Positions 39,354 to 48,815 are shown, numbered from the whole stretch's first letter. The stretch is 63,247 nucleotides of DNA, filler included, from Octopus bimaculoides (GCF_001194135.2; 7 parts of 7 records of this genome joined end to end with filler, not necessarily neighbours in it), one strand, 5' to 3'. Numbers and translations: made by a program. Notes: a model not told the origin generated them from the letters alone.

Positions 39354-39534
39354 ATCAAAATATGCAACAAGGATATCCAAAGGTAATGCAGTGCGATCGT
39401 TTCATGCATCTCCATTTAATTGAACAATGTAATCATTACATCATTACAACAATGATTACATTGTTCAATTAAATGGAGTTGCATGAAACGATTGTATTGC
39501 ATTACCTTTGGATATCCTTGTTGCTTATTTTGAT
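39354..39534. repeat. Near-perfect hairpin, 84-bp arms, 13-nt loop (intron 2 of the chitin-binding gene)
   Basis: atcaaaatatgcaacaaggatatccaaaggtaatgca..ttgaacaatgtaatcatt versus its reverse complement at 39451-39534. Confidence 0.9.
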
Positions 39535-39823
39535 TTTAATCACCTTACTTTGAAATTGTGTGGATAACACCGAACTAAATTCTGGTGCCTCAACTTAAGT
39601 ACCATATTCACCTGAATCTGAATTTTTGCTTACATATACATAGCTGAACGGTTTTCCTTATCTTAATCAGATGTAAGAAGTTATCAATAATATTACAACT
39701 CCATGCTATCATAAGAAGTTTTTGTTCCACCTTAATAGGAGAATGGTGGTACATACATACATAGGCCAACAGACAGACATACAGACAAACAGTCAGATAG
39801 ATAGATAGATAGATAGATAGATT

Positions 39824-39870
<47 letters not shown>

Positions 39871-39884
39871 TGATAGCAGCATTG

Positions 39885-40070
39885 CATGTGAAATATGGCC
39901 GAAAGGTTAAGAAGCTCGCCTCCTGACTATGAAGTTCAGGGTTCGATCACACAACGCGGCAACTTGAGCAAATATCGTTTTCTCTAGTCTCAGGTCGATC
40001 CACATTTTGTTGATGAAGTTTAGTAGGCAGAAACTTAACGGACGCCCACCTGATGGATTGTACCTTTAAT
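39885..40070 (+). mobile_element. SINE family A, 5' half, diverged
   Basis: atggccgaaaggttaagaagctcgc..gggttcgatc..ttgagcaa..tagtaggcagaaact. Confidence 0.6.
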
Positions 40071-40107
40071 TCAAACGGTACCTTCTTATTGTGCCAGCAA
40101 TTTTTAT

Positions 40108-40290
40108 GAAGGGGTTAAGTCGATTAAGTTGACCCCAGTACTCAACTGGTGCTTATTTTATCAACCCAGAAAAGGTGAAACGCAAAGTCAACCTCGGTAG
40201 AATTTGAATTTAGAACTTAAAGATGGACGAAATGCCACTAAGCATTTCTTTCCACGCATGCAAACGATTCTGCCAGTTAACAGCCTTCAA
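40108..40290 (-). mobile_element. SINE family B
   Basis: gaccccagtactcaactggtgcttattt..gtcaacctcggtagaatttgaa..aacgattctgccag. Confidence 0.8.
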
Positions 40291-40325
40291 TCACCAAATG
40301 TTTTTAAAACTAAAAAGATACTTAC

Positions 40326-40355
40326 TGGCGTTAACGGTTATGGAACTGTCACAAT
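40326..40355 (-). CDS. 30-bp phase 1-1 microexon of the chitin-binding protein gene
   Basis: Flanked by acceptor tttctcttcttttcag (AG at 40357-40356) and donor GTAAGTAT (40325). Encodes (D)CDSSITVNA(N) in frame with both neighbours. Confidence 0.7.
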
Positions 40356-40469
40356 CTGAAAAGAAGAGAAATATTTTATATACAGTGGAAGTCATTGAGG
40401 GCTAAAAGATAATACTGACATTCATTGTTCTCAGAGGTAATGGTTTCAAATTTGGCCACAAATACAGCA

Positions 40470-40642
40470 GTTTCGGGGAAGAGAGTAAAGTCGGTTACAT
40501 CGACACCAGTATTTAACTGGTATTTATTTTATTGGCCCCGAAACGATGAAACATTGGCGTAATTTCAACTCAGAACGTAACGACGGACGAAATACCGCTA
40601 AGCTTTTTTTTACCGGTATGCAAACGATTGTAGCTCGCCGTC
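40470..40642 (-). mobile_element. SINE family B
   Basis: catcgacaccagtatttaactggtattt..aactcagaacgtaacgacggacgaaataccgctaagc..gctcgccg. Confidence 0.8.
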
Positions 40643-40645
40643 CTA

Positions 40646-40647
<2 letters not shown>

Positions 40648-40719
<72 letters not shown>
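40648..40719. repeat. (AAT)24
   Basis: Direct reading. Confidence 0.95.
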
Positions 40720-40720
<1 letters not shown>

Positions 40721-41547
40721 TGCATCTCTGATCACGAGCAGAAGTAGTGGGGGAGCATCATAGTCATGTGTTGAGAAGAACTCTTTNNNNNNNNNNNNNN
40801 NNNNNNNNNNNNNNNNNNNNNNNNNNNNNNNNNNNNNNNNNNNNNNNNNNNNNNNNNNNNNNNNNNNNNNNNNNNNNNNNNNNNNNNNNNNNNNNNNNNN
40901 NNNNNNNNNNNNNNNNNNNNNNNNNNNNNNNNNNNNNNNNNNNNNNNNNNNNNNNNNNNNNNNNNNNNNNNNNNNNNNNNNNNNNNNNNNNNNNNNNNNN
41001 NNNNNNNNNNNNNNNNNNNNNNNNNNNNNNNNNNNNNNNNNNNNNNNNNNNNNNNNNNNNNNNNNNNNNNNNNNNNNNNNNNNNNNNNNNNNNNNNNNNN
41101 NNNNNNNNNNNNNNNNNNNNNNNNNNNNNNNNNNNNNNNNNNNNNNNNNNNNNNNNNNNNNNNNNNNNNNNNNNNNNNNNNNNNNNNNNNNNNNNNNNNN
41201 NNNNNNNNNNNNNNNNNNNNNNNNNNNNNNNNNNNNNNNNNNNNNNNNNNNNNNNNNNNNNNNNNNNNNNNNNNNNNNNNNNNNNNNNNNNNNNNNNNNN
41301 NNNNNNNNNNNNNNNNNNNNNNNNNNNNNNNNNNNNNNNNNNNNNNNNNNNNNNNNNNNNNNNNNNNNNNNNNNNNNNNNNNNNNNNNNNNNNNNNNNNN
41401 NNNNNNNNNNNNNNNNNNNNNNNNNNNNNNNNNNNNNNNNNNNNNNNNNNNNNNNNNNNNNNNNNNNNNNNNNNNNNNNNNNNNNNNNNNNNNNNNNNNN
41501 NNNNNNNNNNNNNNNNNNNNNNNNNNNNNNNNNNNNNNNNNNNNNNA

Positions 41548-41626
41548 CCACAGCACATACCCAAGGCGCACAGAGCTGCGCTCGGTAGTGAAGTGAAAGC
41601 ACGTTATAAAAATAAAACTACTGAAC

Positions 41627-41653
<27 letters not shown>
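41548..41653 (+). mobile_element. R4/Dong 3' UTR with (AAT)n tail (body in gap)
   Basis: Near-identical to the reverse complement of about 37225-37305 (cacagcacatacccaaggc..cagagctgcgctcggtagtgaagtgaaagc), followed by (AAT)9. Confidence 0.8.
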
Positions 41654-41657
<4 letters not shown>

Positions 41658-42225
41658 GCCCGGATGCAACAGGCAGTGGCTCTCATGGCTTCTGATCTTA
41701 ATTGGTTGGAAGTGTTATCATGTACATTGTTTTGTCTTGGTATAAAAATGGGCTACAGCAAATATTCTGCTTAATACCACAGATTTGCTTGTCAGTTGTT
41801 TGACCTTAACCAGTTGAGCATGTCCCTTGGTGGCTGACGATATGTGGATCTCTGATCACGAGCAGAAGTAGTGGGGGAGCATCATAGCCATGTGTTGAGA
41901 GGAATTTTTGGGGGTTTGAATGATTCATCTTTGGAAACATGGGTGTTTTGTTCAACATCCTTAAACAACTCTTATTCAGGGACCTTTTTATCGGGATGGG
42001 CTACTCGATTTGAAGAAAATTGTAACTAGGTCCCACCTGCGAAGTCATGCGCTGTTTATCTTGATATGAGATCACCATGTTGCATACATATGGTTGTGAT
42101 GCATGTGCCTGGTGTACCCTTATCAGACTGGTAGTCATGATGTGTATACTGGGCTTTGTATATTTTACCCCAGTGTCACTTTGATGGCATGCATTGCTCT
42201 CTCACTCAATAATAATAATAATAAT
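41654..42225 (+). mobile_element. Non-coding ~550-bp interspersed element with (AAT)n tail; second 5'-truncated copy at 40720-40786
   Basis: Bounded by AAT repeats on both sides, with no ORF. 40720-40786 matches about 41844-41909 and also starts directly after an (AAT)24 tract. Confidence 0.6.
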
Positions 42226-43189
42226 TGCAGAAGAACTGTACAAATTTCTTGATGAGATCGCTACATAACCGATGGAATACAAAGGCAGAAGATGGAGATG
42301 GAAAGGTACGGAAGATCAACTATTGGTATACAAAATAGTAATGCAAGATTGTAACCGAAGGAGAACAAATTTGGGAATGGCCTGGATGGACTATCACAAA
42401 GCTTATGATATGATTCCACATTCGTGGATCATCGAATGCTTAGATCTGTGATGTAACGTATTTGCTGAAGAGAAGTATGGTGGGATGGAAAATTGAACTG
42501 ACATCTTACGGGAAATGTTTGGGCACCCTGGGTATCAGAAGAGGGATTTTCCAGTGTGTCAGCCTATCTCCGTTGTTTTTTGCTCTCTGCATGATGCCAC
42601 TGACCTTGGTACTCAGGAAAATGAGCCTAGGGTGCCAGATAAAGGGAAAATCTCAAACAATCAACTGTACAATTGACTGTACACGGAACCTACAACCCTA
42701 AGAGTTACACCCATAGGTTGTACTTGTCCGGAAGAAAGGGTGGGCGAAGTTTGATCAGTTGCTAGGACTGCATCGAAGCAGAGAAAAACAGCTTAGGATG
42801 GTATATAAAATGTGGCGTGAGGCCATTGTTGAAGCATCAGAAGAAGACCGGCGTCATCAAAACTGAAAATTGTGTAATGAAAGAAAAATTCAAAGAAGGA
42901 ATGAACACAAAAAAGAAAAAGCATGGAAGGAAAAAATATGTATGGTGGGTTTGCAAGAGATGTGAACACCAAGACAGATACAAAGGACCGGTGGCTGTGG
43001 ATGAGGAGGAGTGACCTGAAGATGGAGCCAGAAGCACTAAGAACAAACTACATAAAATACAGAAGAGACAACAGAGAAGAAAGTGATAAGTGCAGAATCT
43101 GTGGATAAAATGGCGAAACCGTATGGCATATTACCAGCCAATGTACGCCACTAGCCCAGAAGGAATATAAGAGACGCCACGATAATATT
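42226..43189 (+). mobile_element. R4/Dong-like element, internally deleted (RT + CCHC)
   Basis: GTEDQLLV, AWMDYHKAYDMIPHSWI, GIRRGIFQCVSLSPLFF, DKCRICG..ETVWHITSQC..LAQKEYKRRHDNI. Confidence 0.85.
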
Positions 43190-43556
43190 TGGGGAAATAT
43201 GGATGGAAACTCAATCTTTCAGAATGAGAATACACTAATTCACACAGCTAAAGTTGTTACTGAATGGCACAAGGAACATTCTAGTGAAGTTGAACATCTT
43301 ATCTGGCCACCACAGTCCCCAGATCTTAATATTATTGAACATTTATGGTGCATTTTAGAAAAACAGGTAAGGAGTCGGTATCTTTCACCATCATCACTAC
43401 AAGAACTGGAGACTGTTTTAGCTGAAGAATGTACAAAAATTCCTTTGGAAACAATTCAAACTTTGTACGAGTCCATACCTCGTAGAATTCAAGCTGTAAT
43501 TACTGCCAAAGGCAATCCTACCTCCATGTTAGAATAAATTTTTTTGAAATTTTAAG
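43190..43556 (+). mobile_element. Tc1-type (DD34E) transposase C-terminal fragment
   Basis: FQNENTLIHTA (decayed FQxDNAxxH), WPPQSPDLNIIEHLW, SIPRRIQAVITAKG. Confidence 0.9.
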
Positions 43557-44429
43557 NNNNNNNNNNNNNNNNNNNNNNNNNNNNNNNNNNNNNNNNNNNN
43601 NNNNNNNNNNNNNNNNNNNNNNNNNNNNNNNNNNNNNNNNNNNNNNNNNNNNNNNNNNNNNNNNNNNNNNNNNNNNNNNNNNNNNNNNNNNNNNNNNNNN
43701 NNNNNNNNNNNNNNNNNNNNNNNNNNNNNNNNNNNNNNNNNNNNNNNNNNNNNNNNNNNNNNNNNNNNNNNNNNNNNNNNNNNNNNNNNNNNNNNNNNNN
43801 NNNNNNNNNNNNNNNNNNNNNNNNNNNNNNNNNNNNNNNNNNNNNNNNNNNNNNNNNNNNNNNNNNNNNNNNNNNNNNNNNNNNNNNNNNNNNNNNNNNN
43901 NNNNNNNNNNNNNNNNNNNNNNNNNNNNNNNNNNNNNNNNNNNNNNNNNNNNNNNNNNNNNNNNNNNNNNNNNNNNNNNNNNNNNNNNNNNNNNNNNNNN
44001 NNNNNNNNNNNNNNNNNNNNNNNNNNNNNNNNNNNNNNNNNNNNNNNNNNNNNNNNNNNNNNNNNNNNNNNNNNNNNNNNNNNNNNNNNNNNNNNNNNNN
44101 NNNNNNNNNNNNNNNNNNNNNNNNNNNNNNNNNNNNNNNNNNNNNNNNNNNNNNNNNNNNNNNNNNNNNNNNNNNNNNNNNNNNNNNNNNNNNNNNNNAT
44201 ATATATATACATATATACATGTATAAATAGAAATAGACACATACACATACACATACATATACATCAACGCCGGGTACATATGTTATATTTCCTTGAAAGA
44301 CACCAAAAAACTCTCGAAGTCAAATAGAAAACATTTATGTGGTCAGTCGACTTGTTAAAAGTAGCCCAGAAATACCGCTCAAACTCCATTCTACCCCCTT
44401 TGAAACTTAGGCTAATATCTTATTTTTTG

Positions 44430-44611
44430 TCTGCTACTTGTTTCTATCATTAGACTGCGGCCTTGTTGCAGCACTGTACTAAAGGATTGGTTTAGTCAAA
44501 TGAATCAACCACACCGAGTCTCGTTTCTATTTTTTTTTAACACTGCTACTATTGTGTCGTTCGCTTATGTCGAACCACTGGGTTGGGAACACGATACACA
44601 CATGTGTTTGT

Positions 44612-44620
<9 letters not shown>
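44430..44620 (-). mobile_element. SINE family A, 3' half, diverged
   Basis: cttgtttc..cattagactgcggcc..gcagcac..gtcgaaccact. Confidence 0.55.
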
Positions 44621-44689
<69 letters not shown>

Positions 44690-44875
44690 ATGCGACGGAC
44701 ATCCATCAGTTTGGTTCTGCTTTTCTAGCAAGTAGGGGTAAAATGAGAGCCGTCACAGCTTGAATGCTTTTCCTCATAAATCTGGATTATCACGACTGAC
44801 CTGAGATTAAAATAACAACAACAACAACGACGAACTCCATAACATTTCCCCATTTAAACAATAGACACCTCTTAC

Positions 44876-44960
44876 CTTGTGTAGTCAACGCCTGAGAAAG
44901 GTGTAAAAGTGTTGCAATGAACACCGTTGCAAATACAAGAAGATTCATGCTTGTTGCCAT
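44876..44960 (-). CDS. First coding exon (signal peptide) of a secreted chitin-binding type-2 protein
   Basis: ATG at 44960; MATSMNLLVFATVFIATLLHLSQA-LTTQ has a hydrophobic core and an S-x-A cleavage motif. It ends in a strong phase-1 donor CAAG|GTAAGA at 44875, phase-compatible with the downstream exons. Confidence 0.75.
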
Positions 44961-45030
44961 TACAAGATTTAGTACAAAGATTAATGGAGAATAGAGTTAA
45001 ACTGTTTCATATATCTGTACTCATGTATAT

Positions 45031-45069
<39 letters not shown>

Positions 45070-45097
45070 ATACAAGCATATATATATATCAATTATA

Positions 45098-45197
45098 NNN
45101 NNNNNNNNNNNNNNNNNNNNNNNNNNNNNNNNNNNNNNNNNTTAATTAATTAANNNNNNNNNNNNNNNNNNNNNNNNNNNNNNNNNNNNNNNNNNNN
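45098..45197. other. Assembly join spacer
   Basis: N44-TTAATTAATTAA-N44. Confidence 0.95.
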
Positions 45198-45268
45198 AGA
45201 CAGACAGATAGATAGACAGATAGATAGACAGATAGATAGATAGATAGATAGATAGATGTTCTTTATTA

Positions 45269-45331
<63 letters not shown>

Positions 45332-45789
45332 ACACACACACACACACATGTACATTACTGAGACGTACTTGCAAGGCTAGTTTAGGTGTGAAATCGTGCT
45401 GCCGCCGCGCCCAACAACTCTATAACGACAACTGTCATTATTATTACTGCTACTACCACTACCACTACTACTATAATGAAGACGACCTCTACTACTACCG
45501 CTGCCGCCGCCGCCACCACGATTAATACTACAACAATAATAACAATTATTGGGTTGGTGCATAATTATTGCGGATTTTTTTTTCAACAAAGTTTATTCAA
45601 CAAAAAAACGTGTAACAAAAACAACTTTAAATGATTATTCTGGAGCATATTCACCATCTACTTCAATTACTGCTTCCCATTTGTTTGGTAGACGGCCAGA
45701 CCGTCACTTTAAGAAGTTTTTGTTAAATATTGTTATTGCTTTTGTGGAATAAAGTTTGTTGAAAAAAGGCTGCAATAATTATGCGTCAA

Positions 45790-45811
45790 CCCACAACAAC
45801 AACAACAACTG

Positions 45812-45860
<49 letters not shown>

Positions 45861-45886
45861 CACTACTACTACTACTACTACTACTC
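45790..45886. repeat. (AAC)n-(TAC)n
   Basis: Direct reading. Confidence 0.95.
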
Positions 45887-45894
45887 AATATATC

Positions 45895-46100
45895 ACAAGA
45901 TTGTGGTTTCATTTCTTGAACCTGGTGGTGCATTGTGTTCTTCAGCGAAACCAGTCATCTCACGTGTAAGATAACACAGAAGGTGGGCGGTGTTACCCCC
46001 GAAAAGGGTTATGGTAAATATGGAGAAGAAGACCATCACCTACAAGGTACTCCAATAAGACCACAGTCAAATGACTGGAACAAGTAAAAGAATAAAAGAA
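45895..46100 (+). mobile_element. SINE-like element with the family A 3' tail on a different body
   Basis: B-box-like gtggtttcatttcttgaacc; ends cacagtcaaatgactggaacaagtaaaagaataaaagaa. Confidence 0.5.
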
Positions 46101-46104
46101 GATA

Positions 46105-46356
46105 TATATTTTTTTAAAAGGACAATAATAACAATATACATACATGTATAAACATATTATGCTTTACATATATAATATATGAAATATAAAATACCAGTAA
46201 TTATTAAAATATATAACTTAGAGCATATCCTTCTTTCTATGCTCTACGTTATATATTTGAATAATTACTGGTATTTTATATTTTATATATTATATATGTG
46301 AAGCATAATATGTTATACATGTATGTATATTGTTATAATTGTCTTTTTAAAATATA
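46105..46356. repeat. AT-rich near-perfect hairpin, ~120-bp arms, 10-nt loop
   Basis: ..aaaataccagtaattatt..tagagcata-tccttctttc-tatgctcta..aataattactggtatttt.. Confidence 0.9.
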
Positions 46357-46419
46357 ATTAGACATAATATAATGTCTTAAAGTTGATGAATACTACCTCT
46401 TGATCCCCTCCATTGCTAA

Positions 46420-46555
46420 AATGGTACTTCTTTTATCAGCCCCAAAACGACGAAAGGCAAACTGGAACTCTGCGGAATTTGAAGCCACAACGGAAAGACG
46501 GACAAAACTGCGGCTATGCATTATATCCGGCGTATTAACGATTCCACCATCTCGT
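46420..46555 (-). mobile_element. SINE family B, diverged
   Basis: ggtacttcttttatc..gaaaggcaaa..gcggaatttgaa..taacgattc. Confidence 0.6.
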
Positions 46556-46615
46556 CACATTATAATGTAACAAATATATTAATAACATGAAAGCTTTATA
46601 GGTCATAAAATATAA

Positions 46616-46621
46616 TTTATT
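46616..46621 (-). terminator. Candidate polyadenylation signal (AATAAA) for SLC17 copy 1
   Basis: AATAAA about 660 nt after the stop, inside a block also present downstream of copy 2, where it is retained at 51714-51719. Confidence 0.4.
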
Positions 46622-47032
46622 AGTTCATTATTCTCAGTTGAAGAACAAATGTATGCTTATGGATGGAGTTTAGATGGACATACGTTCATCTTGCAATTGG
46701 TCAATGTGTGCATAAAATATAATGGCAAAGATATTCTGACGAGGTCTATTCGAAACTGAAATACAGGGTTGACAACTTTATTTCACCCGGTAAGCTAATA
46801 TTCGATTGCATACTTCAGCCAACATACACATTCAATTTTGAAATTGCCTCGCCTTATTACACTGAACTGCTAATAATTTCGAGAAAATTTTATGTACCTA
46901 TTCTGGACGTAAAACAATGTTTTAATGTATAAAGAAGTTACCACGTGCGGTGTTCGGTACATCATACACTCACTTGTTTTACATATACATACAAGCAGAC
47001 ATACATAAAAACATATANNNNNNNNNNTATAT

Positions 47033-47066
<34 letters not shown>

Positions 47067-47280
47067 TATGTCTATATATATTTGAGAGAAGAAAATAGTT
47101 ACCATAAGCTATCTGTTCGACGATTTAGCTTGTGATATTTTAAATAAAATATATTAATGTTAATTGTATAGCTACACTGTTTACTTAACAGATATATACA
47201 TACTTACATTACACAGACACCGGTGTAAACAAATGTAAGATCTTGTCAGGTTTGATCTCGCTAAGATTCCAGTAATCTAG

Positions 47281-48744
47281 TTAAACCGTTGTATTTGTGT
47301 TCATATCGTTAAGAGGAACAGATAAAGCAAAGTCTTTCGAAATCGCCCATTTTTCGGTTTCTCCCTTTGCCAATATTGCGTACAATATCGCACCGACTAC
47401 ACATATAGCAGCACACAAGGCTAACACAATCTGCCATTCTTCTTGTGTACCGTTTGGGGTTAGAGCTTTTGTAGTTAAGGAACTGATACTACCAGACATT
47501 GTTGCGAAAGCATTAGCAATTCCAAATACGGTCCCAGCATAACTTGGAGCAATATCACTGTTGTTGACGAGAACACCACCACTGGTAAATGATAAAGTTA
47601 TTCCAATGAGAAACAAGAGCGTAATTATTGGAATGGTTTGGTCGCATCTGAGGAATCCTACGGCAATCAACAGACATGCTGAAGCAATTAGTGCAAAGGT
47701 TTGGAATAAAACTCGAACACAACGAGTTGACATATATTTCTTTAAACGTATAAAATCAGCTAAGTTCCCCCACAGGGGTAGTGCGATGATCAGTCCAAGC
47801 GATGGAACAGATGACATTAAACCGTTGGAGGTTGCATTAACGTTTAAGGCTTCTTTCATATAGAGAGGAAGCAACACCTGGAAAGACAAATCAGTCCAAC
47901 TATGAGCAAACCAACCAAAGCAAATGGCCCAAACTGCAGGTGAAGAAATCAGTTGTATCCATGGCACTGTTTTAACTACCTTTTCACTTATTATACTTCT
48001 GTTTAAATAAGAATGTTCTTTTTCGCTGATAGTTGGATGGACATCTGGAGTATCATAAACAACATAAAACCACACACAACTAAACACTAACGATAATCCA
48101 CCGAATACATAAAATATAGAACCCCATCCATTGTCAAAGCCATAAACACAAAGATAACCTGATGTTGAAAGACCTACAACACTCCCTAGAATTTGACCTG
48201 CAAATGTAAACCCAACCAATAAACTGATTTCTTGCGGAGGCGCCCAACGACCATATAAGGACTGAACTGCTGGGATTATCGGTCCTGATAACAAACCTGT
48301 TAAAATTCTGAGAACAAGCGTAATGTAACCACTAATTCGAGACAAACTTGGATGAAGAATGGTCAGAATGCCTGCTGAAAGTATTGAACCTGCGACAACT
48401 CTTTTCCCACCGTATTTATCAGCCAATAAACCACCTAGAATGTTTGTTATTACATATCCATAGAAGTACCCAGCCAGCATGTTCGATTGTAACGTATCAC
48501 TCCATTCGAATTCTCCTTTAAAATTTTGATTTATGGAATGATTATCTGAACTGGAACACTCTTGGTTGTTTGCAGAAATGTTAACTTCTTCGTTTGTACG
48601 ATTGGGCGTTTTCAACATACACACAAATGCCATACTTAGATCAACTCTTAATGTTTGCATAACGAGAAACGCTGCAGTAGAGGCATAACATAATCTCCAT
48701 CGGCATGAGTAATAACGTTTAATCCAGCTGGTAAATTTAGACAT
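47281..48744 (-). CDS. SLC17: SLC17 / anion:cation symporter family MFS transporter (sialin-like), 487 aa, single coding exon (copy 1)
   Basis: Uninterrupted ORF, ATG 48744-48742 (context CAAAATGT) to TAA 47283-47281. About 12 hydrophobic segments. Family motifs align with human sialin: LRVDLS (LRVNLS), YFYGY, GGK, RWAPPQE (SWAPPLE), PWIQL, LLPLYMKE, DIAPSYAG, EWQIV, AKGE..W. Luminal loop 1 has three N-glycosylation sequons (NRT, NIS, NHS). Orthology within SLC17 is not resolved. Confidence 0.96.
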   Translation of the reverse strand: MSKFTSWIKRYYSCRWRLCYASTAAFLVMQTLRVDLSMAFVCMLKTPNRTNEEVNISANNQECSSSDNHSINQNFKGEFEWSDTLQSNMLAGYFYGYVITNILGGLLADKYGGKRVVAGSILSAGILTILHPSLSRISGYITLVLRILTGLLSGPIIPAVQSLYGRWAPPQEISLLVGFTFAGQILGSVVGLSTSGYLCVYGFDNGWGSIFYVFGGLSLVFSCVWFYVVYDTPDVHPTISEKEHSYLNRSIISEKVVKTVPWIQLISSPAVWAICFGWFAHSWTDLSFQVLLPLYMKEALNVNATSNGLMSSVPSLGLIIALPLWGNLADFIRLKKYMSTRCVRVLFQTFALIASACLLIAVGFLRCDQTIPIITLLFLIGITLSFTSGGVLVNNSDIAPSYAGTVFGIANAFATMSGSISSLTTKALTPNGTQEEWQIVLALCAAICVVGAILYAILAKGETEKWAISKDFALSVPLNDMNTNTTV

Positions 48745-48801
48745 TTTGTGTAAATTTCAATTTTTACCAATTTTCACAACGTTTTACTTGATGATCAGAA
48801 T

Positions 48802-48815
48802 CTGAAAATATAATC
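48802..48815 (-). promoter_or_regulatory. Splice acceptor of a 5'-UTR intron, SLC17 copy 1
   Basis: tatattttcag|ATTC, 57 nt before the ATG, and conserved in copy 2. Candidate donors: TG|GTAAAT at 49027 (conserved in copy 2 at 55628) or AG|GTATGT at 49253. Confidence 0.6.

Noticed and set aside
47297-47863. Plus-strand ORFs overlapping the SLC17 CDS (also 54085 onward)
   Set aside because: Antisense shadows of the real coding frame.
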